Assembly (NCBI GenBank): GCA_965112735.1
Contig: OZ218963.1
Coordinates: forward strand, 1,054,001 to 1,118,000
Length of the DNA: 64,000 nucleotides
Source of the DNA: Phaeosaccion multiseriatum
Taxonomy: Eukaryota; Protista; Ochrophyta, other classes
Reading direction: 5' to 3'
The notes beneath the pieces are model-generated. The model had not been told where the DNA came from, searched no databases, and worked only from the letters and a program-made list of their open reading frames with translations. Numbering within the stretch: position 1 is the first letter of the stretch; each line of letters starts with the position of its first letter. Positions 11,006-24,700 of this stretch are shown one piece after another. A program made the position numbers and the translations under genes.

Positions 11006-13202
11006 TCATAAGCGTGATGATGGTGCCACACCCCCCGGCCCTTGCTTGTAGAGCCGCTCAATGACGTGGCTGTACTTGTCGAAGGCCTCTTTCCTCTTGA
11101 GCTTGAAGGTGGGCGTGAGGACATTGTTCTCCGTGCTGAAGGGCACCGGCTCCAGGTGGATGGCCCGCACGTGCTCAAAGCCCTGCAGATTGGCCCGCAT
11201 CGAGGTGGCTCGGACTTCCTCCATAACTGCCTGTTGGAACTTTGAATTCTCGCACAGAGCTTCCACCTCCCCCGACGGGGCTCCCTCGGCAGCTGCCCAG
11301 GCTGCGGCGGCGTCGGGGTCAGGCACAATAACGCAGACCAAGTAGCTCTGCAGCGAGTCGCCGTACACAAAGCTCTGCGCGACGAGGCGGCTCTGCGTGT
11401 GCACATTCTCAATCTTCTCCGGCGCCACATACTCTCCCTGTGCGAGCTTAAAAATGTTCTTTTTTCGGTCCACAATCTTGAGCGCCCCGTGTGCGGTCCA
11501 CAGCCCAATGTCCCCTGAGTGCAGCCAGCCGTCTGCGTCAATGGCCTCCTTTGTCTTGTCGGGCATCTTATAGTACCCTCGAAACACGTTTGTCCCTCGG
11601 AAGCAAATTTCTCCCCTGCCTTGACACGGCTCCCCTCCGCCGCCGCCGCCCTTTCGTGGGTCCTTGCCATGCCAAGAGTCGGTGTGTGAATACCCCATCT
11701 CGGGCACATCCATGAGGCAAATCTCAGTGCATGGAAAGGGCCCTCCCACATGCCCGGAGGAGAAGTCTCCGACTTGAGTGAGGGTGGCCCCTGCCGTGGT
11801 CTCCGTTTGCCCGTACCCTTCCAGCACGGGAACGCCTAGCAAGATTCGCATAAAGGTTAGCACGTGCGTGGCAATGGGAGCCGAGCCCGTAATCATGAGG
11901 CGCAGCCTGCCCATCCCGAGGGAGCTTTTGAGCTTGTTGAACAAGATACGGTCCCACAGGGCATGGGTAGACGACCCGCGGTGCAACCCCGCCACCTTGG
12001 CCTTGCATGCTCGGACAAAGGTTGATGCCTTGCGGGGGGCGGCCCCGAGCATGCCGGCCGTGATCTTGTCATGCAGGCGGTTCAGTACCCGGGGCACCGC
12101 CGGCATCACAGTGGGCTGAAGTGCGATGATGTCCTCAATCAGCAGCAGAGGATTCCCGCGGAAAAAGCCGATGGGCGCCCCTGCCGCCAGAATCATAATC
12201 TGCACTTGCCGCTCGAAAATGTGCGGCAAAGGCAGGTAGCTGAGGTACATGTCTTCCACGCTGGCACTGAATGCCCCCGCTGTCATCATATCGCCCGCCG
12301 CTGCATCGCTAATGAGATTGGCGTGGGTGATGAGCGCCCCCTTGGGATCGCCCGTCGTGCCACTCGTGTAGCAAAAGGTGGCGATATCTGTGGAGGCGGG
12401 GGGGCGGTGGGGCACGGGGTGCTCGGCTCCAATCTGTTCTAGCTCCGAAAAGCCATACACCATCAGCCCCGCTGTACTGGCTCGCTCTCGCAGCTCCTGT
12501 CCGACTTCAAACATATCCACCACCACTGCGATGCGCAGGGAGGGACACTTCCCACCCAACGCCACCTCCACCACCTTGGCGAGCTCCGCCTGGCCGCTGC
12601 ACACCATAGTGCTCAGCCCCGTCTGCCTCACCACAAACTCGACAGTATCCGGCCCGAGCGTGTCGTAGAATGGTACAGTCACGGTGCTGTGGCAAAACGC
12701 AGCCTGCTCTGCGATGACCCACTCGGGCCTGTTGCGGCTGTAAATGCCCAGCAGTTTCATCCCCTCCTCGTTTCGGGGGGTGGCAGCCACATGCTCCAGG
12801 CCAGACGCCAGGTGATCAATGCGGTCCTCCACCTGCCAGCCAAGGAGACAAAGGGAAAAAAACATTAAAGGGGGAGAAGGCAAAAGAGGCTTGGGGGGGG
12901 GGTCTTACCTCGAGGTACGTTTGGAAGATGAACGGCGACGCCACTCCTCTTGAGTCCGTCTCCCGATGGCCCAAGCAGGGGCCCTTGGGGGCCTCCGCCA
13001 CCCCGTTCCGGAAGACCTCGTAGGAAGTGTAGCAGCCTCGGATGGCGAGCACAGGGCCGACACTACACTGCTCCTGCCCGCAACGGCGTGTAGCGCCCTT
13101 GGATGGTGTCTCTGTGTTCGGGATGATGACAGAATAACGGCCTTGCTTCCTCCCAGGCTGGGTTGGAGGGTTGTTCAAGCATTCGAGTGGATTGGGGCTC
13201 AT
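11006..13202 (-). CDS. Long-chain acyl-CoA synthetase, probably peroxisomal (C-terminal SRL, PTS1)
   Basis: AMP-binding motifs CYTSGTTGDPKGA, YLSYLPLPHIFER, EGYGQTE, GWLHSGDIG, IVDRKKNIFKLAQGEYVAPEKIE, LTPTFKLKR; one intron ~12833-12909; ends ...PSSRL*. Confidence 0.95.
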
Positions 13203-13228
13203 TTTCTTCGCGGCTCGTGGCCCGCGTG

Positions 13229-13653
13229 CATCAGCAGGGTTACCAACAGCAGCAGAAAAAGAGGAGCAGCGTCGTCCTGCAGCAGCAGACCCTGTGCACC
13301 CGTACGGTCACAAGCAGGCGGGCAACAGAAGAAGAAGATGTAACGAGAGGAAGAGGAAGGAGAAAAAAGGATAAAGAGTAAAGAGTGGTGTAGCTGTTGG
13401 TCGTCTTTTCAGGCTCACAGTTGACACTTCGGAACTCCTTTCCCTCTCATCAGCAGGGTTACCAACAGCAGCAGAAAAAGAGGAGCAGCGTCGTCCTGCA
13501 GCAGCAGACCCTGTGCACCCGTACGGTCACAAGCAGGCGGGCAACAGAAGAAGAAGATGTAACGAGAGGAAGAGGAAGAAGAAAAAGGAGGAAGATGGTG
13601 TAGTTGTTGGTCGTCTTTTCAGGCTCACAGTTGGCACTTCTGCGCTCCTTTCC
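13229..13653. repeat. About 215-bp imperfect tandem duplication between the ABCF stop and the LACS start
   Basis: CATCAGCAGGGTTACCAACAGCAGCAG...TCAGGCTCACAGTTG(A/G)CACTTC occurs at 13229 and again at 13448. Confidence 0.9.
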
Positions 13654-13690
13654 CCTTCCTTTTCTTTTTTTTCTCCTAGACTAGAGTTAA

Positions 13691-14299
13691 CTACGAGTCA
13701 GCAGACTCAGCGGCGGCCTTCTTGCTGTTCCTCTTCTCCTCCTGCGCTGCCAGCCGCTCCTCAAGTTGTTCCAGAAGGAAGGCCTTATAGTCGGCAAACT
13801 CGGACTCCCACGGCGTGACCTGTGGCGAGGCGTGCAGCGGCAAGAGTCAGGGGGGTGCATCGTCGCGATGGAAGGACTGCACGGGATAAGTGGCGTGTGC
13901 GTGCGTACCTTTTTGTCGTCCACAATCCACAGCTGGCAGTCGGTGCTCTCGATGAGTTTGGCGTCGTGCGTCACAATGACGACTCCTCCGTCGAAGTTGT
14001 TAATCGCCTCGCACAGCGCGTCAATGGACCTGAGCAGTGTTGAGACAGCAGGAGCGGAGCCACGAGTGAATACGGGGTATAGTACGTATGTACACCTCGT
14101 CCCCAAAAGGGTACATATATACTCTCTAGTACTTACTCGACGTCGAGATTGTTAGTGGGTTCGTCAAGGAACAGGATGTGCGGCGCCTGCAGCTGCAGCT
14201 CGCAGAACACAACCCTGGAACCAGAGAGAGAAGGGGGAGGTGAGAGAGAACAAAGCAGGTGCGTGCTGGGGGGAGGCACGGCGAGTAGAGAAGCGCAGG

Positions 14300-14358
<59 letters not shown>

Positions 14359-14575
14359 CCCGACCACCCCACCTACCTGGCTTTCTGTCCTCCCGACAGG
14401 TCCCGCATCTTGATGGTGTGCGCGTGGCCCTCCAGGCCGAACTTTCCCAGAAGGTTCCTGGCACTCTGATAGTCGGTATCCTCAAATTTGCTGCGCAGGT
14501 AGGCCGTAGGGTCAATGTCCATGGGTAGCCTGACGAGATGAAGGAATACAGCGGTGCCATGAGCAGGGAAAGAAC

Positions 14576-14606
<31 letters not shown>

Positions 14607-17600
14607 CGCACACTCACCTATCCACAAAGTGCTGGTTGTAGATGCCCATCCTGAGACGAGGGTTCCTTCTCAGTTCCCCCTCGGTGGGCTCTAAATCCCC
14701 CGTGAGCAGCTTCAGCAGCGTGGTTTTGCCTAAAAAGGTGTGGAAGGGAAGGGGGTGTGGCGTGAGGACAGGAAACCCACTCCCCGCCGCCCTCATTGAA
14801 CAGTCGTCCCTTACCCGCTCCATTCGGCCCAACGATGGTGACTCTGCTGCTCATGTCAATGCCGAAGTTCACCTCCCCGAAAATGAGGGGGCCCGTCGGG
14901 TACTGAAACGCCACATCCATCACGTTGATGATGGGCGGGCTCAGCTGGGACACCTCTGGAAAGTGCAGTGTCACCTGAGGAGGAGGAGGACAAGAGAACA
15001 ACGTTACCATCACATGCACAGGGGCGCAGCAGCACCCAAGGAATGTGTGCACCCACCTGATATTCCCTCGGCCTCTTTGTGAGGGACACTTCCTTGACCT
15101 CTCCCTGTCCAGAGGCCACAAGGGACGTCTGCTTCTTCTTGGATGCTCCAGGCTCGCGGGACTTACTCTTCTTCACCTAAGGTTAAGTAAGGTAGGTGGA
15201 GGGAGGAAGCATGCGAGGGGTGAGGGTTCCTACCCATTGTGTACGAATACTCTGCTGCCACCATGTATGTCCTACCGTCTCCTCCGCCTTGGCCTTGTTG
15301 GAGCCGCCCTTCTTGAGCTGGGAGAGCCTCTTTTGCTGCTTCTCCCACTCCTTGAGCATCTGCTTCCGCTTCTGCCCCTCCATCTGCTTGAAGGTGTCGT
15401 AGTTTCCCTTGTACGGAACGACTTGCTGCCCGTCAAGGTGAAGGATCTCCTCGCATACGCTGTTCAAAAAGTCCTGTTGACCGGAGAGAACACAAACGCG
15501 TCAAGACGGGAGCACACGCAGCACCACCCGACACCCCCTCCCCCCATGCGCACTGCTCTACTGCTCTGCTGCTCTAACCTGGTCGTGACTGACCACGAGA
15601 AGCGTCTTCTTCCATTTGTGAAGGTAGTCGTCCAGCCAGATGACGGCGTTGAGGTCCAAGTGGTTGGTGGGCTCGTCCAGCATCATGAGAGTGGGCTCCA
15701 TGAAGAGCGCCCGGGCGAGTGAGATGCGCATGCGCCAGCCGCCAGAGAAGTGCTTGGTCGCCTGTGCATACACACGCAGCACGCAGCGCCGCACAGTGTG
15801 AAGAGAATGTGTCAGTGGGTGGTGCGCACACAAACAACTGACAACAGATGCTCTTAATCCCCTCTTTCCCTCCTTCCCTGGTGCCACTGACCACTGACTA
15901 CTGACCTTGATTTGCATGTCCTCGTCGAACCCCAGTCCGAAGAGAATCCTCCTCGCCTTTGCCTCCGCCTGATCCGCGCCGATGCCGTGCAGACCTTCAT
16001 ACACCTGCCCGTGCATACAAGGAGTCCATCGGTGGCGCCACGGACATTGGAAATCGATGAGTCACTCCACTCACTCGGCACTCGGCAGTTAGGCCGGGGG
16101 TCGAGCCTTCACGCAGCACCCCCTTACCTTTTGCAGAGCGTCGTTCAGCTCTTCGCTCTCGGGGTCCTTTCTCAAGGCCCTGCTCACGTGTGCGGGAGAG
16201 AGAGGGGGTGGCAATTCAGGAGGTGTAAGTCACTTCCCGTCGATAGACAGGCGATAGAGGCGATAGCAGTAATCGTCATGAGGGATGACGATGAGAAACT
16301 CAAACACGGCCCAGCAGCACCATCGTCAGACGGAGAAGGACGCACTCGCAGGCTACACACGATCGATACACGTACAAAACACGTACTTGGTGATGCTCCT
16401 CTCCTCCTCGATGAGCTTCCACCTCTTCTTGTCCGCCTTCATGACACTCACCACCGCCGGGGTGCTGTCTGCCTGCACCTCCTGCTCAACGTAGAGGCAG
16501 TCCACTCGCGGGGGGATCTGCAGCTCCCCGGAGGCCATCATCTTGAGCAAGGTGGACTTGCCTGCGCATGAGGGAGGGACAGGGTGAGAGGGTAGGCATC
16601 ACTCTTAAACCCGACACTTACCCCAGCACAATTCTAACCTGACACTTACCCGCTCCGTTGGGCCCCACGAGGCCGTACTTACGACCGTGGACGATGGACA
16701 GCGGGCTGAACAGGAGCGGAGGGGAAGGCACGCAGGCACAGGCACATGCAAGCACACAGAGTGTGTAAGCATCTACCCACAACCCAGGGGGGCGGCCAGT
16801 GAAGTGACGGACTAGGCTCACTCACCTGTTGAGGAACAGAGTCTTGTTCGCAGCGGAGAGCGTGAAGGAATCGATGATGATGTCCAGAGAGTTCTGCCAC
16901 TGAGCGTCGTTCGTATTGATGGTGCTCTGCGGGGGAGGTGGGAGGGGAGAGGAGAGGAAGTGCGTGAGGCGTGTCCAAACCGGAGGCATGGCCGGCGCTC
17001 CCTACCTATACCTGGCTGACAGCAAACTGAGCTCCTTCCATGTGGGCCAGAGCCTCAACTCTCTCATCCTCCACAGCTTTTTGCTTGCTCTCGAGCCCCA
17101 TCAAGAGCTTCTTACGGTTCCGCTGCGTCATCTGGACAAGCACAAACAGCACAACATGATGAACACTTGACACGCAGGGAGCCTGCCTGCTTGCCGCTAC
17201 CCTCCCTCACCTTCTTGCCAGTGCGGGCCACCTCTGCCTGCACGAGGTCCTCCAGCTGCTCTTCCATCGTCTTTCGAGGCCCCCCACCCGTCTCTCCCCG
17301 CCCTGCCTTCCTCTCGTCGTGATCGGAGCCGTAGTACTCTTCCTCATCATCACTCCCATCGTCCCCCTCCATCTCTTCCAACGCCTGGGTCGAGGGGGCA
17401 GTTGAACAGACAACATTTAAGAAGTGGAGCCCTCCACCCTTCTCTATCAGATCTCTCCTCACCTTCTTCTGCTTCCTCTTCTTCTCGTCCTTTTCGGCCC
17501 GCACCCTAGCCTTCTCCGCCGCCGCCTCCTTCTCTCGTCGATCTTTCTCCTCCTGGGCTATCCTCAAGTCCTCCTCGCTCATCACCACATCTACAGGGGG

Positions 17601-19008
17601 GGGTGGATAGGAAGGCGCACACGAGAAAAGCATTGGGACAGGGCGTCATGCGAAACCCCACTGAAGATCCACTCCTCTTGTAATAGCACACACTCCTTCA
17701 AGCCTGAAAGACACAAGGAGGGCAAGAGAGCCTTCGCATCGAGCCGAGAGTCGAGCTCTCAGTCCACGCTGCTGGCCAGTCGATCATCACCTTTAGCGGC
17801 CAGTCGCGCCTCTTGGTCCGCCAGAGCCTTGGCCTTGGCCGCTTCCTCCAGCTTCCGTTCGAGCTTGCTTTTCTTCTTCTTCTTGTCCTTCTTGACGTCC
17901 AGTCCCTCGGGGGAGGGCTCTACTGAATCAGCAGTGCCCGTGATTGTTACCACCTCCACCTTCTGGGAAAGACCGCTCATTTCTATGTCGACGTCCTGCT
18001 CAGAGACCGTGACAGCGGCAGCCTCTTGCTCCTCCTTCTCTTGCTGCTCATTGCCTCCCTTGCTCTTCGTCACCTCTCCTCTCTGCTCGCTAGCCTCTTC
18101 CTGTCTCCGACTATGCTTTAGGTCTTGTTGCTCTTCCTCTGGGTCTCCCCCCCGTCTCCCCTTCTTCTCCTTCTTCGCTCTCTTTTCTTCCTTCTTCCTT
18201 GCCGCAGCCACAGATTCCTCATCCTTTTCGTCGTCCCCGTCGTCGCTTCGCTCGGCTTCGTCGCCCCTCCTGTCTTTCTTTTTCTTTTTCTTGTCTTTCT
18301 TGTCTTTCTTGTCCTTCTTGTCCTTCTTTTCCTTTTCGCTCTTTCCGCCTTTTCGCCCTTCCTCCTTCGCGCTCTCCTCTTCGGCGCGTCTACCGGCCTC
18401 ACTCTCGTCATCCTCATCCTCATCGCTGTCCTCCATGGCCGCGAGAAAAGCGTTTTGGTTCTTTGGTGGAGTAGGGGGCTCCTCTTCCTCCTCCTCCTCC
18501 TCCTCCTCCTCCTCCTCCTCCCCTTCTTCCTCCTCTTCATCCTCACTGGCGGCAACTGGACGAATGTTCAAAAGAGAAGTGTGAGCGCTTGGTAACATGA
18601 AAAGGGGGATACAGAGTTGGGTTGCTCACCTGCCGCTGCTGCTGCCGCTGCTGCTGCTGCTGCTGCTGCTGCTGCCCGCTTCTTTTCCTTTTTACTCATA
18701 GGCCTCTTCTGAGCAGTCTCCTCCTCGTCCTCCTCCTCGCCCTCTTCCTCCTCCGCATCGCCACCACCTGCAACCTTTTTTAGATGCGCGAGAGGGTCTT
18801 CATCCTCGGAGTCGTCTCCTTTGCCCTTGCCCTGCTTCTTTTTGGCGGCACGAGCCAATTTCTTGGCAGCCCGAGAGCTCCCTCCACCCTTCGCCGCAGC
18901 GGCCTCCGCTGCGCCTGCTCCTTCTCCTAACGCTCCAACCCCCTTTTTTACCTCATCATCATCGGAATCGTCCTGCCTCCTGCCCTTCTTTCCCTTCTTC
19001 GGGGCCAT
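13691..19008 (-). CDS. ABC-F family translation ATPase (ABCF1-like) with long Lys/Glu-rich N-terminus; about 17 exons
   Basis: Two NBDs: [50 protein letters not shown]; [43 protein letters not shown]. No TM domains. Starts MAPKKGKKG, ends ...AESADS*. Confidence 0.93.
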
Positions 19009-19115
19009 AACAAATGCTGAGTGTGTATGGGTGTCGTCCCGGCAAATCGGAGAGGGGTAATGAGCTGATACTTCAAATTCCCATTTCCCCCCGCCCCGCC
19101 CGAACATACCCCCCC

Positions 19116-21074
19116 ATGCACGACGTGCTGCTGCTGCTGCTGCTGCCGCTAGCTCTACTCCAGGCATGCTGCTTTGGAGCTGCTAATGCTTTCACGGCTT
19201 CGACTGCGACGGGAGCAAGATGCAGAGCAGCAACGCCAGGACTCGGCCGAGGCACGGCATGTCCAACTGGCATAGCACAAAGGAGCATTGCGGCAAGACG
19301 CAACGCCAGAGGGGGTGACTACGGCAGCGAGGAGGACGTGGGCCAAAGGGGGGAGTGGAAGTCATGGCGGTGGCGGCGGCGGCGGCGGCGGCGGCGGCCT
19401 TGGTTCGGGGATGGAAGCGTGCAGGGCGTGGGGCTGGAGACGGGGAGGTGCTCGGCCTCGGCCTCCTTACGGGCTGCAGCAGTGGCAGGCTCGGAAGTAG
19501 CCGTAGCAGTAGAGCCGTTGGTCTCGGAGGGGGAAGGGGAGAGGCCCGTGTGGGCGCCAGAGTGGGCGCCAGACTGGCTGGTGTGGAAGATGCACCCTGT
19601 GGTACAGGGGTTTGTTGTAGTGACTTTGTACATGTTTCACATGGTGAGTGGTAGCCCCCTTCCCCCCCTTGTAAACGGATGGCAGTTTTGTGAAGAAAAC
19701 ACCCCCCGCCCCCCCGTTCCCCTTCCCCCATTCCCTGCGCTTCCTCTCCCTCGGAACCAAGCTCTTTTTGTCGAGAGGCTGTCTGGTGTTCCCCGTGCAG
19801 CTGATTCCAAACGGGCTGGGTTTGTTCCAGTCCGTGGGTCTGGACACGCTCGCTGGCTTTGGCGTGCTGGTGGGGGCGCTCTTCGCTCGAGTAAAGCTCG
19901 GCCTCAAGGCTTTCCCCCCGCTGAGCGAGCAGGGCATCACGCCGTGGGGAGAGCCCCCAAAGCCAGAGTGGGAGCAGGAAGAAGATGAGGGGTGGAGGGA
20001 GAGGACACAAGCCGAAATAAGCAAAGAGCAGAATCTCTTCAAGAGGAAGAAGAAGGCCGATAGGGTCGTTCCCCGCGTGACGGTGATGCTGGTGGTGGCG
20101 TATCTAGCCACCAATCCGGCGGCGTTGGCTTGGGAACAGGGGCTCTACGCTTTGCAGTGGTGAGGAGGAGCACTTCACTTGTTTACCTCTACGCAGCCCC
20201 CCACCCTTCCCGAATGAACGGCGCTGACACCCCTCCTCTCTGCCCCCGCAGGTATGGCGTGCCGCTAAGTGTGGCCATGAGCCGCTCGCTGCTCATCCTG
20301 CTGAGCCACCTCACGTGGGTGGTGATGGGAGGGTACATTTTGGGCCACTTTTTGCGTCCGTTCTTTAGCAACCAGCAGGCAAGAATTCATTACTAAGAAT
20401 TATGTGCGAAAGAAGAGGCTGTCCAACATATAACGGCCGCTGTACAATCAATTGACTTACAAGCTTCCCTGTCCTGCCACTGCACTACACCCTGCCCAGC
20501 AGAAGGATGGGCAGGGCGGCTGGATCAAGTCCACCAACAAATCCCTGTGGGTGTGGTGGGTGCTCGGGGGCTACTTCGTGTCGTCCTCCCTGTTCAACGT
20601 GGCGGATCTCATCAACCAGTTTGTGTGTCCGCTTCCTCTGCTGGCAAGTTGCTGTCGAGTGTCGGCAAGGGCCGCTCCCTCCACTCATCAACTGACGAAT
20701 TGCCCCCCCCCCCCCCCCCCCCGCCCATCCCCTCTGCAGGGCGTGGAGAGTGTAGTTACGCAGATGATCAACCCAGAGGGCAATGACGTGGGTGCCTTGG
20801 CGGTGGCCAGCATCGGGCCGTGCATCACCGCGCCGTGGTGGGAAGAGGTTCTGTATAGGGGCTTCCTCTTGCCTGCCTTGACTCTTTACATGCGAAAGGT
20901 GCCGGCCATCTTCACAGGTGTGTGTGCGACAGCCCTCGGGGTTAGAGAGGGTTGGAGAGGCTGCTCTGGTCATGTCATCTCATCTCTAATCTATCCGCTC
21001 TGGTCATCTCATCTCTAATCTATCTAGTCGTTATCTTCTGTCCTGACGTCCGGCTCGCTGCCTCATTGCCGTCG

Positions 21075-21106
<32 letters not shown>

Positions 21107-21302
21107 CCGCCCCCCATGTCCCACCAAAGGCGCCGTCATGTTCGCAGCCCACCACATGCAGCTCAACGCCATGCTGCCCCTGACCACTCTTGGCGCCGTG
21201 TGGGCCGTGCTGTACATGCTCTCCGGCAACCTCGCAGTTCCCATCATCATCCACGCCATGTGGAACTCAAGGGTGTTCCTGGGCTCGTACCTGGGGCTGT
21301 AG
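19116..21302 (+). CDS. CPBP/Abi (CAAX-protease-like) intramembrane metalloprotease, likely plastid-targeted; two GC-AG introns
   Basis: Signal peptide followed by ANAFT (ASAFAP-like); motifs APWWEEVLYRGFL, MFAAHH, PIIIHAMWN; introns 19644-19760, ~20160-20251, 20379-20499 (GC), 20644-20739 (GC), ~20918-21129. Confidence 0.85.
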
Positions 21303-21417
21303 AGAAGCAAAGCGATGCGATCCCTCGGGTGCAGCACTCTTCTAAAATGGCGCCGCAGCGTACTCCACGTGTGTGTGCCCCACTTTAACCTTACATACAT
21401 ACACAACCCTCCAAACC

Positions 21418-21678
21418 TCAGGCTCCCTCTGGTGTCTTTGCAGCTGCTGCGGCTGCTGCCTCTGCCTCTGCCTCCTCCTCCTCTGTGATGAGTGTCTGTA
21501 GGTTGTGTATCTCCTTGAGGCGGGCGGCGAAGTTGATGTAGTCTGAGCCGTTGACGATCCCGTCTTGGTCGGCGTCGATGGCCTTCATGCAAGCATCCAC
21601 CTCCCGCAGCTGCGCGAAGTCGCCTCCCTGGGGGGGACACAAGAAGGCGTGGGACACAAGGCACGCACCCACTCACTG

Positions 21679-21721
<43 letters not shown>

Positions 21722-24700
21722 GTGACTCACCTCCTCTGCGTAAGTCACGAAATCCTCCCTGCTAATGTAGCCCTTCCCCTGCGCGTCAAAGAGGCTGAAA
21801 AGCATCTTGAGAACGATAATCTCCTCGTGTGTGAACAGCGTTTGGCTGGGTGCGAGGTGCCCCTCTCGCTCGCCATGTCCGCCCCCGTCTGCCGCGGAGT
21901 GGTCCTCTTGCTGCTCTACACGACTCGGGGCCCCGCAGGAGACGGTTGGCGTAGAGGGCGATGGGAAGAGGGCCGAGACAGACGAGACAGACGAGACAGG
22001 CGGCAAAGACGCCCCTCGTGCGACCTTCTTGTTGTTGGCAGCAGCGTCGCCGGGGGGGGGCGGCGGGGGCATGTGTGTGTCGCCCCCCTGGAGCGAGCTG
22101 CCTCGACTGGGTCGAGCTCTGCCTTGCGCGTTGTCGGACTCCGTGTCCTGACGTGTACATGGATAGGGGCACCCTGGTCTGTTAGCGACTGTGGCAAGCA
22201 ACATGTACGGATGGGTACTACGCTGGCCTTGTTTGGCTCACCTCTATTAGCTGCATGTCAAGCAGGTCCGCGATGTGCGATTGGCCGATCATGGCTGCCA
22301 ACTCGCTGGCTGTGCGGCTGTCCCTCATGCGCACTTGGTGCGGATGACGCGGGGAGCAGTCTGAAGGTGGAACCAATACGAATGAGAAAGGAGAGGGCGG
22401 GTGACAGCAGCTGAGAGGTGGTGTGCGCATACCATCCCAAGTATGCTTACGCTGTGTCCTGTCCTGCTGCGTCCTGCATGTCCTGCTGTCCACACATCCC
22501 ACACCAACCTCCTGGGCTTGTGGCCGAGGGACCGCCCGGGCTGCCCAGGCCCGACCTCGCCAGCTCCTCTGCGCTCTCCTCCTCCGCCAGCGCTGCCACG
22601 AGGTTTGCGGATGACATGGACTCGCCCATCATGTCCTTCGTCGTGCCGATGCGTTGGTTGAGCACCTGGGGGGGGGGCATGTAGAGAGAGAGAGAGAGAG
22701 AGAGAGAGAGTAAGTGCAGCACGGTATAGCTTAAGATGGCACCCACCCACCACCACACCCGCCTCGCATTGTTTCACCAGCGTACGTACCTCTGGATGCA
22801 TTTCGTTGATGCCGTCCCTGGCCGCTGCTTTGCGGTACGTTTCGCTGTGCTGCGGAGGCGGGCGAGCGGGGCTGCGGAGGAGCAGAGGGGGGGCAGGGAC
22901 GGGATGGGGTGTGGAGGATAAGAGAGAGAGAGGGCAGGGCGTATGCGACACGTCAGTAAGGTAGGGCCTGAAGGAGCGGAAGGAGCGCACCTGAGCGGCC
23001 CGTGCAGCCCGTCCGCCGCCGACCACGAGTGCTGCTTGCTCAGAGACGACGCCGTGGCGGCCGCACGCAGGCTATCGCGCGCACAGCTCATCCGACTGCC
23101 AGTGCCAGCGCCAGTGGGTTGGGTTGTAAAGGAGTGGGTTGGGGAGAGCGGCGAAACGGGCAGGTCTGTGCCGGACTCGGTAGGGGAGGCTGGAGAGGCA
23201 GCAGCGACAGATGCGTTGAACGTGGCAGCCAGATCCTCGGCTGCAGCTGCTGCCGCTGCGTCTGTGCCTTCCGCTGAAGGGGGTGAGGCCACCATTGGAG
23301 GGCCGGCAGCAGCGGTGTCTCCCTCCGCCTGCTCCAACACAACAGCCACACACACGCGAGGAGGAGCTTAGAACATGGATGGGTTGCCTCCCACCCCTCT
23401 TCCTCCTTGGGCAGAGCCGACCCCAAGGGGAGGGGCAGTGATGGAGAGACTGAAAGAGCTCACCTCCCGGTCCGTCTCGCTGTGGGTGTGGTCCACTGGC
23501 AGCAGCGCCGGGCCCATCTCCACCGCGAGCTTGAAGAACTGTCGGAAGTTGCTGGGCATGTAGGGACAAGTCTTGCCCATGGCCAGCAGCTGACTCGCCG
23601 TCTCATCGTGCTCCAGCATGGGCTCGGGATGTCTGTATCGTTATGAGAGCACAAAGGGAACAGAGGCATCCGAGTTGGCATGTGCGCCTCTCCGGAACAA
23701 GTGGAACCAAGCGAGAGGAGAGCGGTCGACACATGACACATAAGTAAGTATACGTAAGCAAAGCTGTAACGTACGGTTCGGGGTGCAGGAGCTCGGCGTG
23801 ATACGTGCCGTCGTGGAGCACGTGCAACACGGCCGCCTGCGATGGTGCGGAGTCAAGTCAAACGTGAAGGGGGGATGGGGGAATCGTCAACACCAACAAC
23901 ACCACCCTGTGGGTGAGGCAGGGGGGTAGTCATCCTTCCTTCACTCCTGTGTCTCACCAGGTTGCCGAATCGGTCGCAGTAGTTGGGAGCTGAGAAGACG
24001 GTCAGCACCGTGGGGGTCATGAGATACCTCTCGTGGCCGACCACCATGACGTAGGCATCGTCCTCATCCTCCTCCTCGTCCTCCAGCCCGTCTACCTCTG
24101 TCTCCTCATCGGTGTCCCCCTCATCGTCAGACGAGTCCTCCTCCGGGAACTGCTCCACGTCATCGCCAGCGAAGTGCGTGCGGAAACCCTCCTCCTGCAC
24201 CTCGTGCGCTCTGATCATGTACAGGAGCTTGTTGCCCCTCAGGAACTTCTCCGCAGCCTTGTAACCGAACATGTAGCTGCAACCCCGCGTCTACTCGATA
24301 TGGGAAGGGCGGGCGGGGGGGGGGGGGGTGCTGTTAAAAGGAGAGGCGCCGAAGCCGAAGAAGGGCAAAGTAAGCGAAGAAGTTGCTGCAAATCCTTCCT
24401 CCCCCTCGCTCACCTGGTTTGTGGTGAAGTCAGCGTCCAGGAAGTCCTTGTACTCCGCGGCTGTGAGCTTGTAGTTCTCATCCTCGTTCATGGGATCGGC
24501 CCAGAGAATGTCGCACAGCGGACCCGTCACGGCAGGCTCCACGAAGCGGTTGATGGCCTCGATGTCCTCCAGGCTGGACGTTTCAGGGCTGCGCGGCCGG
24601 ACAAGAAGCAAACAGCAAGGGGGGGGATGGCAGTGGATGGAGGGGTGATGAGGATGCCTGCCCTAACGTTCGTTCGATGTTGTCTTTCTTCAATTCACAC

